Shown here: one piece after another, positions 51,086 to 61,937 of the stretch | How the letters are laid out: every line of letters begins with the position of its first letter | How positions within the stretch are numbered: the first letter of the stretch is position 1 | From: Bacilli bacterium | GTDB taxonomy: Bacteria > Bacillota_I > Bacilli_A > RF39 > UBA660 | Assembly: GCA_028691955.1 (NCBI GenBank) | Contig: JAQUYH010000002.1 | Coordinates: 13,012-77,011 of the forward strand | Direction of reading: 5' to 3' | Length of the DNA: 64,000 bases | Translations under genes and position numbers: made by a program | The notes under the pieces: model-generated | Seen by the model: only the letters and a program-made list of their open reading frames with translations | Told to the model about the DNA's origin: nothing | Database searches by the model: none

Positions 51086-51141
51086 ATTATCCTCCTAATA
51101 ATATTATAGCACATTTATGATATAATATTAAAGGTGAATTT

Positions 51142-51444
51142 ATGAAAAGATTTAATATGATTGATGAAAATTTTATTTGTGAAAATTGTCATAATACAGT
51201 TATGCCACTTAAATATAGTGCTCGTGATCACTGCCCTTTTTGCTTATTTTCAAAACACGTTGACATTAGTCCTGGAGACAGATTAAATGCTTGTCAAGGA
51301 TTACTAGAGCCAATTGGAATTGAAAAATTTAATGATACATATAAAATCATATACAAATGTCAAAAATGTGGCCAAATTCATAAAAATATAATGGCAAAAG
51401 ATGATAATTATGAAACTATAATTAATTTATCAATTGCTAAATAA
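51142..51444 (+). CDS. RNHCP-domain zinc-ribbon protein
   Basis: 100 aa. ARDHCPFC (RNHCP motif) plus CENC / CQKCG cysteine pairs. Confidence 0.55.
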   Translation: MKRFNMIDENFICENCHNTVMPLKYSARDHCPFCLFSKHVDISPGDRLNACQGLLEPIGIEKFNDTYKIIYKCQKCGQIHKNIMAKDDNYETIINLSIAK

Positions 51445-51462
51445 AAAAACAGAAGTTTCCTT

Positions 51463-51927
51463 CTATTTTAATAATTCAGAAATTTGTGGCATAAAAATTA
51501 CAGCTAAAGCAAGTAACAACAAGATGAAAATGATCAATATTAAGCTAGACTTACTTTTATTCTTTTGCTTCTGTGTTGTACCTATAACTTGTTCAGTAAC
51601 TACTTCTGGCTTATCTTTAGCTTCATCCATGCTTACTACTTCAGGACCTTCTATAACTTCTTCTTGTACAGGTTGAATAGTTGGTTCAATTGGAGCCACA
51701 GGCTCTACTGGAACACTCTCAACCGGTTCAACTGGAGCTACAGGTTCTACTGGAACACTTTGAGTTGGTTCAACTGGAGCTACAGGTTCTACTGGAACAC
51801 TTTGAGTTGGTTCAACTGGAGCTACAGGTTCTACTGAAATATTCTCCATAGACTCATTTGAAGTATCTACAGGTGTATAACTATCACTTAGTGGATTTAA
51901 ATTTTCTAAATTTTGATCTTCTTTCAT
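51463..51927 (-). CDS. C-terminally membrane-anchored Pro/Val/Glu-rich tandem-repeat protein
   Basis: 154 aa. Repeated 14-aa unit VEPVAPVEPTQSVP, with a C-terminal LILIIFILLLLALAVIF anchor. Confidence 0.6.
   Translation of the reverse strand: MKEDQNLENLNPLSDSYTPVDTSNESMENISVEPVAPVEPTQSVPVEPVAPVEPTQSVPVEPVAPVEPVESVPVEPVAPIEPTIQPVQEEVIEGPEVVSMDEAKDKPEVVTEQVIGTTQKQKNKSKSSLILIIFILLLLALAVIFMPQISELLK
51683..51840. repeat. 42-bp tandem repeat, about 3.7 copies (unit GGTTCAACTGGAGCTACAGGTTCTACTGGAACACTTTGAGTT), inside the Pro-rich gene
   Basis: Units at 51725-51766 and 51767-51808 are identical, flanked by degenerate copies. Confidence 0.8.
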
Positions 51928-52016
51928 ATTCTTCTCCTATCATAAAATAATTATATCAAATAAACAAAAAAAAGAAAAGACTTTTTAATAAAGCCTTTTT
52001 TGTAATTAAATATCTT

Positions 52017-52823
52017 TTAAGATGCCTTTAATGTTAAGATTAAAGGTTTATGATCACTAATTTCGTTTAGTTCATTTCCTACTCTAAAATCAACTAATTT
52101 AACACCCTCTGAATACATCATATGATCAACAGGTAATTTATTATCCTTTTGAGTTGAAACATCATTAGAAACTAATATTATTCCTCTATTTTTTAATGCT
52201 GCAATAAACTGCATAAACATATCATCTGATACAGTTGAATTAAAATCACCCATTAATACCACAGGAATAGACCTTGACTCTTTCAAAAAATCAACCATAT
52301 TAATAATTTCTCTAAATTGCTGAGCTCTAACTGCTCTCATATTATTATTAAACTCATTTATTTTTGTATCATTTAAAGGATTGTTTAGTAAATAAGACAT
52401 GTGAACATTCACAACAAACATTTCACCAGCTTGTTCAGTATCAATTAAAGCATAAGTTAAATTTCTCTTATGCGTATTAAATAAATGCGTTGCATTAAGC
52501 TTAAAATCACTAGAACGATTTGTCAATGCTCTTGTAGAACTTGAAATTATTCTATCCCTAGCAATAACCCCATTTATTTCATTATAAAAAGGAATTACCA
52601 TCTGTCTTGGATCACCAACAACATTAAACCCATAATTATATAAAAATGCCATCAAATGATCCCTATAAACTTTTGTCATTTCTTGAGTACCCAAAACATC
52701 TATATCATTACTTGTAACAAACCTAGCCAAAGCCTGGGGTCTATCAACTCCATTTCTTACAATTTTGCCAGATATTATTCCATAATCTTTACCATTATAG
52801 CTAACTATTCTAATATTTCCCAT
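52017..52823 (-). CDS. endonuclease/exonuclease/phosphatase (EEP) family protein
   Basis: 268 aa. IVSYN..., GTQEM and GDFN motifs of the EEP fold. Confidence 0.65.
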   Translation of the reverse strand: MGNIRIVSYNGKDYGIISGKIVRNGVDRPQALARFVTSNDIDVLGTQEMTKVYRDHLMAFLYNYGFNVVGDPRQMVIPFYNEINGVIARDRIISSSTRALTNRSSDFKLNATHLFNTHKRNLTYALIDTEQAGEMFVVNVHMSYLLNNPLNDTKINEFNNNMRAVRAQQFREIINMVDFLKESRSIPVVLMGDFNSTVSDDMFMQFIAALKNRGIILVSNDVSTQKDNKLPVDHMMYSEGVKLVDFRVGNELNEISDHKPLILTLKAS

Positions 52824-52872
52824 AAATCCCCCTTAAAATTAAAATGTATTATAATCACAACAAATAATTTTG

Positions 52873-53637
52873 TCAAATTAACTCTAATTCAACTATTACT
52901 GGTTTATGATCACTTATATTATTTAATATTTCATTACCTACATTAATACCACTCAAATAAAAATGCTTTGAAATAAATATTCTGTCTATTGGTAATACAT
53001 CCTTACCAATATTGGTAGATTCATTGATATCAACAATATTTATACCTATCTTTTTTAAATTATCTACAAACTCTTTGAAAAGATAAAAATCAGTATTCAT
53101 ATTAAAATCCCCAGTCAAAATTATAGGATAATCATTATACTTTTTTAATATTTTCAAAACTTTATCAAGTTGTCTTTTTTGAACATCAGAAAATTCATAG
53201 TTCAAATGAGTATTAAAAACGTATACACGTTTTTTATTTTCTAACTCTAATAAAACCATAGTCATTATTCTAGGAGCAATATCTAGATAATTTTTCAAAA
53301 TTTGTAGTTTATTTTTAGGAAAATATGGCAAATAAAAAGTTTTTGTTCTAATTATTTTATATCTAGTTATAATACTGTTACTTTCATTAGCTAAACTAAT
53401 AAACTTCTTCTTTTGCCTTCTATATTCCCCTGCAAAATTGTAACCAATTAATAGGTTTTTTAAAATTTTTACATACTTTCTAACTAATTCCTGAGCACCA
53501 ATAATATCAATATTATTATCAACAATAAAATTTGATAAAATTTGAGCCTTTTTTAATGTACTATTTTCCTTATTATTATAAAAGAGTCTTTCAGAATTAT
53601 TTCTCACATTAAAAGTCATAACTTTAACCTTTTGCAT
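52873..53637 (-). CDS. endonuclease/exonuclease/phosphatase (EEP) family protein, tandem paralog
   Basis: 254 aa. MTFNVRN..., GAQEL, TGDFN and SDHKPV motifs. Confidence 0.65.
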   Translation of the reverse strand: MQKVKVMTFNVRNNSERLFYNNKENSTLKKAQILSNFIVDNNIDIIGAQELVRKYVKILKNLLIGYNFAGEYRRQKKKFISLANESNSIITRYKIIRTKTFYLPYFPKNKLQILKNYLDIAPRIMTMVLLELENKKRVYVFNTHLNYEFSDVQKRQLDKVLKILKKYNDYPIILTGDFNMNTDFYLFKEFVDNLKKIGINIVDINESTNIGKDVLPIDRIFISKHFYLSGINVGNEILNNISDHKPVIVELELI

Positions 53638-53712
53638 AACTACCTCACCAAATATATAATACCATTAATCAATGATATTAAATCTAATGTATAGCCTATA
53701 TTGACATATTTT

Positions 53713-53741
53713 TACAAAAAAAAGATGCATTATTTTGCATC
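53713..53741 (-). terminator. intrinsic terminator of the ribosomal/rpoA operon (stem GAUGCA/UGCAUC, then U8), overlapping the rplQ stop
   Basis: The minus-strand RNA reads GAUGCAAAAUAAUGCAUCUUUUUUUUG. Confidence 0.6.
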
Positions 53742-54083
53742 ACTTTCTACTAACTCTAATATACACATTAAAGCATCATCGCCTTTGCGCTCAGTAAGTT
53801 TTAATATTCTAGTATACCCACCATTTCTAGTAGCATATCTCTTAGCTAAATCATCAAAAACTTTCTTAACTACATCACTATCATTGTGTAAAAAGGCAAT
53901 AGCTTTTCTTCTTGAAACTAAAGATCCATTTTTACCATAAGTAATCATTTTATCAACAAACTTACGAACTTCTTTTGCTCTTGTTTCTGTTGTTTCAATT
54001 TTTTCATACATTATTAAATCTTTAGTTAAATTAGCTAACATACTTTTTCTATGTTTATTAGTTCTTCCTAATTTTCTGTACAT
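53730..54083 (-). CDS. rplQ: 50S ribosomal protein L17
   Basis: 117 aa. Canonical L17 sequence. Confidence 0.95.
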   Translation of the reverse strand: MYRKLGRTNKHRKSMLANLTKDLIMYEKIETTETRAKEVRKFVDKMITYGKNGSLVSRRKAIAFLHNDSDVVKKVFDDLAKRYATRNGGYTRILKLTERKGDDALMCILELVESDAK

Positions 54084-54097
54084 TTTATTCCTCCCTA

Positions 54098-55051
54098 CTA
54101 GTCTTCTTCGTGAAACTTAAGGCCCATTTCTCTAACTTTATCAATTACTTCTTTTAAAGATTTCTTTCCTAAGTTACGTATTTTCATCATTTCTAGTTCT
54201 GTTTTTTCTGTTAAATCTCCTAAAACATTTACGTTAGCTCTTTTTAAACAATTATAAGCTCTTACAGAGAAATCTAAATCTTCAATTGGAGTTTCTAATT
54301 TCTTTAATTTAGAATCTTCTTGTTTAGCATTCATTATTCCAGTTAAATCAGCTATTTCTGATAAGTTAGTAATTATATTAAAATGTTCAATTAATATTTT
54401 AGCTCCTAGTGCCATTGCTTCCTCTGGTCTAATAGAACCATTAGTATTCACATCAATAATTAATTTATCATAATTTGCATCTTGCCCAACACGAGCACTT
54501 GCAACTTCATAACTAATTCTTTCAATTGGTGAGTATAAAGCATCAATTGGAATAAAGCCAATTTTACTGTTTTCAATATAAACTTTATTTTCATCAGAAG
54601 GAACATATCCGCGACCATTAGCAATAATAAATTCCATATCTAATTTACCACCTTTAGATAAAGTAGCAATAACCTTATCTTTATTAATTACTTCAACATC
54701 AGCACTTACTTCAATATCAGCAGCAGTTACTACACGTTCTTCATCAACAAATAATTTAGCTATAACTATATCCTCAGTATGATTTTTTAAAACTATTCCT
54801 TTTAAATTTAGAATAATTTGTGTTACATCTTCTACAACACCTTCAATTGTCTGGAATTCATGAGCTACACCATCTATTTTTACCGCTACAATAGCAGATC
54901 CTGGCATTGATGATAACATTACTCTTCTAAGAGCATTACCAATTGTATTACCAAAACCTCTCTCAAGTGGTTCTAACTCAAACTTTCCATAATTATTATT
55001 ATCTACATATTCCGTAATTTTATATGTTGGTTTTTCAAAATTTAACATCAT
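54098..55051 (-). CDS. rpoA: DNA-directed RNA polymerase subunit alpha
   Basis: 317 aa. N-terminal dimerisation domain and the alpha-CTD. Confidence 0.95.
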   Translation of the reverse strand: MMLNFEKPTYKITEYVDNNNYGKFELEPLERGFGNTIGNALRRVMLSSMPGSAIVAVKIDGVAHEFQTIEGVVEDVTQIILNLKGIVLKNHTEDIVIAKLFVDEERVVTAADIEVSADVEVINKDKVIATLSKGGKLDMEFIIANGRGYVPSDENKVYIENSKIGFIPIDALYSPIERISYEVASARVGQDANYDKLIIDVNTNGSIRPEEAMALGAKILIEHFNIITNLSEIADLTGIMNAKQEDSKLKKLETPIEDLDFSVRAYNCLKRANVNVLGDLTEKTELEMMKIRNLGKKSLKEVIDKVREMGLKFHEED

Positions 55052-55068
55052 ATTAAACTCCTTTCAAT

Positions 55069-55452
55069 TTAGCCACGTGGACGTTTTGGTGGACGACATC
55101 CATTATGTGGAATTGGTGTTACATCTGTAATAGAAGTAATCTCTAATCCAGGTGTTTGAAGTGAACGAATTGCTGTTTCACGTCCAGAACCTATTCCATT
55201 AACAAATACATCTACCTTTTTCATTCCCATATCAACTGCAGCTTTTGCAGCAGCTTCTGCAGCCATACCGGCAGCAAATGGAGTTGACTTCTTGCTTCCT
55301 TTAAAACCTAATGTTCCAGCTGAAGCCCAGCTAATAGCATTTCCATCTTTATCAGCAATTGTAACAATTGTGTTGTTAAATGATGGATGAATATAAGCCA
55401 TTCCTTCAGGAACATTCTTCTTAACTTTACGTTTTCTTGCTTTATAAGCCAT
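55069..55452 (-). CDS. rpsK: 30S ribosomal protein S11
   Basis: 127 aa. Canonical S11. Confidence 0.95.
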   Translation of the reverse strand: MAYKARKRKVKKNVPEGMAYIHPSFNNTIVTIADKDGNAISWASAGTLGFKGSKKSTPFAAGMAAEAAAKAAVDMGMKKVDVFVNGIGSGRETAIRSLQTPGLEITSITDVTPIPHNGCRPPKRPRG

Positions 55453-55472
55453 TTATATTACCTCCTTTTTTA

Positions 55473-55841
55473 TTATGCTTTCTTCTTATTAGCTACTACT
55501 TTACCTTTACCTTTACGAGTACGAGCATTTCTATTAGTTCTTTGTCCTCTTACTGGTAAACCTTTTTTATGACGTGTACCTTGATATGAATTAATCTCCA
55601 TTTTCGTTTTGATATTCATAGTAACTTCACGTCTTAAATCACCTTCAGTAGTATAATTGTTTAATACATCACGAATAGTTGCAAGTTCTTCATTTGATAA
55701 ATCAGAAGCTTTTCTATTAATATCAATATTAGCTTCTTTTAAAACTTTGTTAGATAAACTTCTGCCAACTCCATAAATATAAGTTAAAGCAATTTCAATT
55801 CTTTTATTGTTTGGTATATCTACACCTTTTATACGTGCCAT
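55473..55841 (-). CDS. rpsM: 30S ribosomal protein S13
   Basis: 122 aa. [14 protein letters not shown] start. Confidence 0.95.
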   Translation of the reverse strand: MARIKGVDIPNNKRIEIALTYIYGVGRSLSNKVLKEANIDINRKASDLSNEELATIRDVLNNYTTEGDLRREVTMNIKTKMEINSYQGTRHKKGLPVRGQRTNRNARTRKGKGKVVANKKKA

Positions 55842-55856
55842 AAAACACCTCCTATA

Positions 55857-55970
55857 TTATCCTTGTTTTTGTTTATGTTTTGGATTAGTACAAATAACTA
55901 GTACCTTTCCGTTTCTTCTAATAACTTTGCATTTATCGCATATTTTCTTTACTGATGGTCTTCTTTTCAT
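55857..55970 (-). CDS. rpmJ: 50S ribosomal protein L36
   Basis: Not in the ORF track (37 aa). The minus strand encodes [37 protein letters not shown]. Confidence 0.9.
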   Translation of the reverse strand: MKRRPSVKKICDKCKVIRRNGKVLVICTNPKHKQKQG

Positions 55971-55981
55971 ATAAATCCCTC

Positions 55982-56197
55982 CTATTTCCTATAGGTTATA
56001 CGCCCACGTGTTAAATCATAAGGTGATAATTCTAATACTACTGTATCACCTTCCAAAATGCGAATCTTGTTCATTCGGATTTTGCCAGAAACGTGAGCTA
56101 TTACAGTATGTTTGTTTTCAAGTTCGACTTTGAATATATAGCCAGGTAATACTTCTAATACCTTCCCTGTTATTTCAATGCAATCGTCTTTTGCCAT
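55982..56197 (-). CDS. infA: translation initiation factor IF-1
   Basis: 71 aa. S1-like OB fold, canonical IF-1. Confidence 0.95.
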   Translation of the reverse strand: MAKDDCIEITGKVLEVLPGYIFKVELENKHTVIAHVSGKIRMNKIRILEGDTVVLELSPYDLTRGRITYRK

Positions 56198-56201
56198 TTA
56201 A

Positions 56202-56948
56202 TCACCTCTTCGTTAATATCTCATACCCATCTTTTAAAACCACTACTGTATGTTCAAAATGGGCTGATGGTAATTCATCATCTGTTACAATTGTCCAGCC
56301 ATCATCTAAAATACATACATCAGCAGTACCTAGGTTAAGCATTGGCTCAACAGCAATTACCATTCCTTCTTTTAATATTGGGCCTTTTCCAACATTGCCA
56401 TAATTTGGAACATCAGGTTCTTCATGTAAGTGAGTACCTACACCATGTCCTACTAATTCCTTAACTACACCAAAGTTATACTTTTTAGCCACTTCAGATA
56501 CCCTAGCACCAATATCTCCTATATGTGCACCTTCTTTTATAGCAGAAAGTCCAGCAAATAAAGATTCTTCAGTACCCTTTAGTAATTCTAGCTTTTCTTC
56601 ACTCATTTTGCCAACGGGATAAGACCAAGCTGAATCACCATGATAACCTTTATAGCAAGCACCAATATCAATAGATATAATGTCACCTTCTCTTAATTTC
56701 CTTTTTCCAGGTATTCCATGTACAACCTCATCATTTATAGAAGTACATATACTACCAGGATAACCATCATAATTTTTAAAAGAAGGCGTTGCATCTTTAC
56801 TAATTATAAAATCATTTGCCAATTTATCTAATTGATCTGTTGTTACTCCTGATTTGATAAATTGTTTTAAATAATTATGAGTATCACCAACTATTTGGCC
56901 AGCAATTCTCATGATAGCAATTTCTCTAGGAGTTTTAATCGTAATCAT
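56202..56948 (-). CDS. map: type I methionine aminopeptidase
   Basis: 248 aa. Pita-bread fold with the metal-ligand pattern D...D...H...E...E. Confidence 0.95.
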   Translation of the reverse strand: MITIKTPREIAIMRIAGQIVGDTHNYLKQFIKSGVTTDQLDKLANDFIISKDATPSFKNYDGYPGSICTSINDEVVHGIPGKRKLREGDIISIDIGACYKGYHGDSAWSYPVGKMSEEKLELLKGTEESLFAGLSAIKEGAHIGDIGARVSEVAKKYNFGVVKELVGHGVGTHLHEEPDVPNYGNVGKGPILKEGMVIAVEPMLNLGTADVCILDDGWTIVTDDELPSAHFEHTVVVLKDGYEILTKR

Positions 56949-56957
56949 AAAACACCT

Positions 56958-57596
56958 CTACTTTATTAAATTTTCAATTTCCAAAGCAGCTTCGCTACTA
57001 CCTTGATTACTACTAACACGATTTAATAAACCTAATTTATCATAGTAATCAATAAGTGGTGAAGTTTTTTCCATATAAGTATCAAATCTTTTGTTAAATG
57101 TTTCTTCATTATCATCAGTTCTTCTAGTAAGCTCTGTTCCACATTTATCACAAATATTTTCAACTTGTGGTTTCATTTTATCAAAATATTCATTGTAAAT
57201 AGCGCCACATTGTGGACAACTAATTCTACCTACAACTCTCTTCTTAGCTGTTTCTTTATCTATCTCTAGATAAACAACACAACCAATTTCTCTTTTCAAA
57301 TCTTCAAGTATTTTTTCGTAAGCTATTGCTTGACTAATCGTTCTTGGAAATCCATCTAAGATGTAACCATTAGCGCAATCTTCCTTTGTTATACGATTCT
57401 TAAGTAATTCTAATACCACTTCATCAGTAACAAGTAAGCCTTTTTCTAAAGTTTCTTTAATTTCAAGATTATCCTTAGCTGCTTCTCTTAGAAGATCACC
57501 TGTTGAAATATGTGCCATATTATATTTTTCTTTAATAATATTTGACACAGTTCCTTTACCAGCTGATGGTGGAGCAATAAGTATTATTGACTTCAT
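56958..57596 (-). CDS. adk: adenylate kinase
   Basis: 212 aa. GPPSAGKGT P-loop and a Zn-binding lid CPQCG...CDKCG. Confidence 0.95.
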   Translation of the reverse strand: MKSIILIAPPSAGKGTVSNIIKEKYNMAHISTGDLLREAAKDNLEIKETLEKGLLVTDEVVLELLKNRITKEDCANGYILDGFPRTISQAIAYEKILEDLKREIGCVVYLEIDKETAKKRVVGRISCPQCGAIYNEYFDKMKPQVENICDKCGTELTRRTDDNEETFNKRFDTYMEKTSPLIDYYDKLGLLNRVSSNQGSSEAALEIENLIK

Positions 57597-58861
57597 TTTC
57601 TTCTCCCTTTTACATAGCTTCTGCTTAATAAAGTACTTTCAATTTGTTTATAAACTTCAAGTACAACACCTACTACAATTAGTAGTCCTGTTCCCCCAAT
57701 AGTAACACTAGTTGGTAAACTTGAAAACATTCCAAACAATATTGGCAAAATAGCAATAATAGCTAAGAAAGTAGTTCCAACTATCGTTATCTTTTTTAAA
57801 ACATCATTGATATAATTAGTAGTTTCCTCTCCTGGTCTAGTCCCAGGAATATATCCACCACTTTTTTGTAAATTTTCAGCCATTTCTTTAGTATCAAGTG
57901 TTGCAAATGTATAAAAATAAGCAAATAAGAATATAAAGAATACATATAATACAACTCCACTTGGAGTAGTATAAGTAATCCATTTATTATAAAATAAACT
58001 TAATCCTTCACTATTTACAACAGAAACAATCATACCAAATACAGAAAACAACATTGATGCAAAAATTACTGGCATTACATTTGCTGCATTTAATTTGAAT
58101 GGAATATAATTTTGCTTACTTAAACTAGCAGTTGACTTATTAGCATATTGAATTGGAACTCTTCTTTCAGCTGAACCCACATAAACTATCCCTAATGTAA
58201 TTGCAACATATACTAAAACAAATAATGTATATGAAACAATCCCTAAGAAAGTAGTTTGAACAGTAGTAGTTACAACTAATGAATTAAATGCTGTAACAAA
58301 CATTGTTGGTAAATTTGATAAAATACCAGCCATGATTATTACAGATATTCCGTTTCCAACACCCTTTAAAGTAATTCTGTCACCAAGCCATAATAGAAAT
58401 GCGGTTCCAGCTGTTAGCATAATTGAATACTCCATATATTGAAATGGTGTTCCATTTTTAATATAATAAAATGATAAAATAAATCCTTGAATAAACGCTA
58501 AGAATATTCCTATAACTCTTGTTATTTGATTTAATTTAACACGACCCGTATGTCCTTCTTTGGCAAGTTCTGAGAAATATGGAATTAATCCTCTTTCTAA
58601 AAACTGCATAACAATAGAAGCCGTAATATAAGGTGTTACACCTAAAGAAAATATTGAAAATTTCTCTAAAGCTCCACCACCCATAACATTAATAAGTTGT
58701 AAGAATCCTAAATCATTAACACCTAAGCTATCCTTATCGATACCAGGTATAATTATTGAAGCGCCTAATCTAAAAACAAATAATACTGCAAAAGTAAATA
58801 ATAATCTCTTTTGAATATCTTTATTTTTGGGATTAAATATTTGCTTAATTGTAGCAAACAT
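57593..58861 (-). CDS. secY: preprotein translocase subunit SecY
   Basis: 422 aa, 10 TM helices, SecY signature. Confidence 0.95.
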   Translation of the reverse strand: MFATIKQIFNPKNKDIQKRLLFTFAVLFVFRLGASIIIPGIDKDSLGVNDLGFLQLINVMGGGALEKFSIFSLGVTPYITASIVMQFLERGLIPYFSELAKEGHTGRVKLNQITRVIGIFLAFIQGFILSFYYIKNGTPFQYMEYSIMLTAGTAFLLWLGDRITLKGVGNGISVIIMAGILSNLPTMFVTAFNSLVVTTTVQTTFLGIVSYTLFVLVYVAITLGIVYVGSAERRVPIQYANKSTASLSKQNYIPFKLNAANVMPVIFASMLFSVFGMIVSVVNSEGLSLFYNKWITYTTPSGVVLYVFFIFLFAYFYTFATLDTKEMAENLQKSGGYIPGTRPGEETTNYINDVLKKITIVGTTFLAIIAILPILFGMFSSLPTSVTIGGTGLLIVVGVVLEVYKQIESTLLSRSYVKGRRK

Positions 58862-58862
58862 A

Positions 58863-59306
58863 TTAGATCACCTCGGCTTTTCCACCACATTTTTCTATTG
58901 TTTCTTTTGCTGATTGTGAAAATTTATTAGCTTTAACAACAAGTTTCTTAGTTAATTCTCCATTACCTAAAACTTTTATTCCATCTAATTGATTTTTAAC
59001 AAGTCCCATTTCTTTTAATAATTCAGGTGTTACAACAGCACCTTCTTCAAATTTTTCTAAATCACTTAAATTTATAACTGCATACTCTACTTTAAATTTT
59101 GCATTAGAGAAACCTCTTTTAGGAAGTCTTCTATATAATGGTAATTGTCCACCTTCAAAACCAGGTCTTACTCCTCCGCCACTTCTAGCGTTTTGTCCCT
59201 TATGTCCTTTTCCAGAAGTTTTTCCAGTTCCACTACTTGTACCACGTCCAACTCTTTTACGTTCTTTAGTAGCACCATATGGAGCATAAATTGCATTTAA
59301 TTTCAT
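58863..59306 (-). CDS. rplO: 50S ribosomal protein L15
   Basis: 147 aa. Gly-rich N-terminus typical of L15. Confidence 0.95.
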   Translation of the reverse strand: MKLNAIYAPYGATKERKRVGRGTSSGTGKTSGKGHKGQNARSGGGVRPGFEGGQLPLYRRLPKRGFSNAKFKVEYAVINLSDLEKFEEGAVVTPELLKEMGLVKNQLDGIKVLGNGELTKKLVVKANKFSQSAKETIEKCGGKAEVI

Positions 59307-59812
59307 TATATAATCTCCTCCACTTTTTTACCACGTAAAGCTGCAACTTCTTCAACAGTTCTTTGAGCTTTTAAAGCTTTTAATGTTGCATTAGCCATAT
59401 TAATTTTAGTGCTTGATCCAAGTGATTTAGATAAAATATCCTTTACTCCAGCAAGTTCTAGTACACTTCTAACAGGTCCTCCTGCTTTTACTCCTGTACC
59501 TTTTAAAGCTGGTTTCAACATAACTTTACTAGCGCCTTGAACGCCAATAGCTTCATGTGGAATAGTTCTTTCATCAACGATTGATACAGTTACAATATTC
59601 TTAGTAGCTGCAGAAACGGCTTTCTTAATAGCATCTGGTACTTCATTAGCTTTACCAGTTCCTATTCCTACTTTACCTTTTCTATCACCTACGGCAACTG
59701 TAGCTGAAAAACGGAAATGACGTCCACCCTTTGTTACTTTTGTAACTCTGCCAATATTTATAATCTCTTCTTCATATAATTTTGGACGAGGTTCTCTTCT
59801 TCTTTTTTCCAT
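59306..59812 (-). CDS. rpsE: 30S ribosomal protein S5
   Basis: 168 aa. Directly abuts rplO, with no rpmD (L30) between them. Confidence 0.95.
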   Translation of the reverse strand: MEKRRREPRPKLYEEEIINIGRVTKVTKGGRHFRFSATVAVGDRKGKVGIGTGKANEVPDAIKKAVSAATKNIVTVSIVDERTIPHEAIGVQGASKVMLKPALKGTGVKAGGPVRSVLELAGVKDILSKSLGSSTKINMANATLKALKAQRTVEEVAALRGKKVEEII

Positions 59813-59823
59813 AGTTACCCTCC

Positions 59824-60186
59824 TTAAAATTCTAATCCGTTTTCACGTGCAGCGTCTGCAAGAGCTTCTACACGTCCATGATATAGGTATCCACCTCTAT
59901 CAAAAACAACTTTTTTGATTTTTAATTTTTTAGCTCTTTTTGCTAATAATTCACCAACTTTAGTTGCTGCTTCTAAATTTCCACCATTTTCAAGTTTCAA
60001 TTCTTTATCTATTGAAGATGCACTGGCTAAAGTATTACCAGTTTCATCATCGATGATTTGAGCAAAAATGTTAGCGTTAGATCTAAAAACATTTAATCTT
60101 GGAACATCTTTAGTTCCAACAACGTTTTCTCTTACACGAGCATGTCTTGCCACACGCTTAACATTGCGAGATACTTTTTTAATCAT
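59824..60186 (-). CDS. rplR: 50S ribosomal protein L18
   Basis: 120 aa canonical. Confidence 0.95.
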   Translation of the reverse strand: MIKKVSRNVKRVARHARVRENVVGTKDVPRLNVFRSNANIFAQIIDDETGNTLASASSIDKELKLENGGNLEAATKVGELLAKRAKKLKIKKVVFDRGGYLYHGRVEALADAARENGLEF

Positions 60187-60213
60187 AAGTATTACTCTCC
60201 TTTACTTTTCTAA

Positions 60214-60747
60214 TTATTTAGATGCCTTTTTTCCTTCTTTACGAATGATATGTTCATCAGCATACTTTATACCTTTTCCTTTATAAGGTTCAGGTTTTCT
60301 TATCTTTCTTACATTAGCTGCATATTCCCCAACTAAACACTTATCAATACCTTTTACAGTAAGTTCTGTGTTGCTTGGAGACTCTAAAGTAATTCCACTA
60401 ATAATTTCCATTTCAACTGGATGAGAATATCCTGCAGTTACAACTAATTTATTACCTTTAATTGCAAAACGATATCCTACACCAACTGCTTCTAATTTTT
60501 TTTCAAAACCTTCAGTTACACCTTTAATCATGTTAGCAATATTTGCATTTGCTGTACCATGTAGGTTCTTAACTGAATCATTTTTTCTTTCAACTAAAAG
60601 CTCTTTATCATTAACAATTACTTTAATACTTTTAGGTATTTCAATAGAAAGTTCACCTTTAGGACCTTTTACTGAAACAACATTATCAAGAACAGTAACA
60701 GTAACATTATCAGGTACTGTTAATACTCTATTTCCAATACGACTCAT
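60214..60747 (-). CDS. rplF: 50S ribosomal protein L6
   Basis: 177 aa canonical. Confidence 0.95.
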   Translation of the reverse strand: MSRIGNRVLTVPDNVTVTVLDNVVSVKGPKGELSIEIPKSIKVIVNDKELLVERKNDSVKNLHGTANANIANMIKGVTEGFEKKLEAVGVGYRFAIKGNKLVVTAGYSHPVEMEIISGITLESPSNTELTVKGIDKCLVGEYAANVRKIRKPEPYKGKGIKYADEHIIRKEGKKASK

Positions 60748-60766
60748 TTAGAATCCTCCTTACTTT

Positions 60767-61162
60767 CTACCAAATATATGCTAATACTTCTCCACCAAGT
60801 GAACTAGTTCTTGCTTCTTTATCAGTCATCAAACCTTTTGATGTAGATACTATAGCAATTCCAAGTCCATTTAATACTCTTGGTATTTCATTAGCTTGAG
60901 CATAAACACGTAATCCAGGTTTAGAAATTCTTTTTAAACCAGTAATAACACGTTCCTTGTTTTGTCCATATTTTAAGAATAGGACAATTATATTTTGAAC
61001 TTTATCTTCTTTAATTTTATAATTTTCAATAAAGCCTTCATTTTTTAATATTTTAGCTATCTCAATTTTTAGCTTTGATGCAGGTACTTCAACTTCTTTG
61101 TAACGCATTTGGTTAGCATTACGAATTCTAGTTAACATATCTGCTATTGGATCTGTTACCAT
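60767..61162 (-). CDS. rpsH: 30S ribosomal protein S8
   Basis: 131 aa canonical. Confidence 0.95.
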   Translation of the reverse strand: MVTDPIADMLTRIRNANQMRYKEVEVPASKLKIEIAKILKNEGFIENYKIKEDKVQNIIVLFLKYGQNKERVITGLKRISKPGLRVYAQANEIPRVLNGLGIAIVSTSKGLMTDKEARTSSLGGEVLAYIW

Positions 61163-61180
61163 ATAATCCTCCTTCTTTAA

Positions 61181-61366
61181 TTACCAGCTAGATTTAGTAA
61201 CTCCTGGTATTTGTCCTTTATAAGCCAATTTTCTAAAGCATATACGACATACTCCATATTTACTTAATACAGCATGAGGTCTACCACATATTTTGCAACG
61301 AGTATATTCGCGCACTTTATATTTTGCTTTTTGATTAGCCTTATTAATCATGCTTTTCTTAGCCAT
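61181..61366 (-). CDS. rpsN: 30S ribosomal protein S14 (type Z, zinc-binding)
   Basis: 61 aa with CKICG...CRIC. Confidence 0.95.
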   Translation of the reverse strand: MAKKSMINKANQKAKYKVREYTRCKICGRPHAVLSKYGVCRICFRKLAYKGQIPGVTKSSW

Positions 61367-61380
61367 GTTTCCTCCTATTA

Positions 61381-61920
61381 TTATTTTTTAAATGGCATAC
61401 CAAAGTCTTTTAACAAATCGTAAGCCTCTTCATTTGAATTAGCAGTTGTTACAAAAACTATATCCATTCCACGAACTTTAACAACATCATCAAACTCTAT
61501 TTCAGAAAATATAAGTTGTTCTGTTAATCCTAATGTATAATTTCCTCTACCATCAAATGCCTTATTAGAAACACCTCTAAAATCTCTTACACGAGGCAAT
61601 GTAATACTAATTAATTTATCTAAAAAGTTATACATATTTTCCCCACGTAGTGTTACTTTACATCCAATTGCTTGTCCTTCTCTAACTTTAAAACCAGCAA
61701 TTGCTTTTTTAGCTTTAGTAGCTACTGGCTTTTGTCCAGTTATTTTTTCTAAATCAAGCATAGCTGCATCTAGAAGTTTACTGTTAGTTGTAGCGTCTCC
61801 GACACCCATATTAACAACAATCTTTTCTAATTTTGGAACTTCCATAACACTTTTATAACCATATTTATCTGTTAAAGCTTTAATAATTTCCTTATTATAT
61901 TTCTCTTTTAAGCGGTTCAT
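61381..61920 (-). CDS. rplE: 50S ribosomal protein L5
   Basis: 179 aa canonical. Confidence 0.95.
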   Translation of the reverse strand: MNRLKEKYNKEIIKALTDKYGYKSVMEVPKLEKIVVNMGVGDATTNSKLLDAAMLDLEKITGQKPVATKAKKAIAGFKVREGQAIGCKVTLRGENMYNFLDKLISITLPRVRDFRGVSNKAFDGRGNYTLGLTEQLIFSEIEFDDVVKVRGMDIVFVTTANSNEEAYDLLKDFGMPFKK

Positions 61921-61937
61921 AAATGTCCTCCTTCCAA

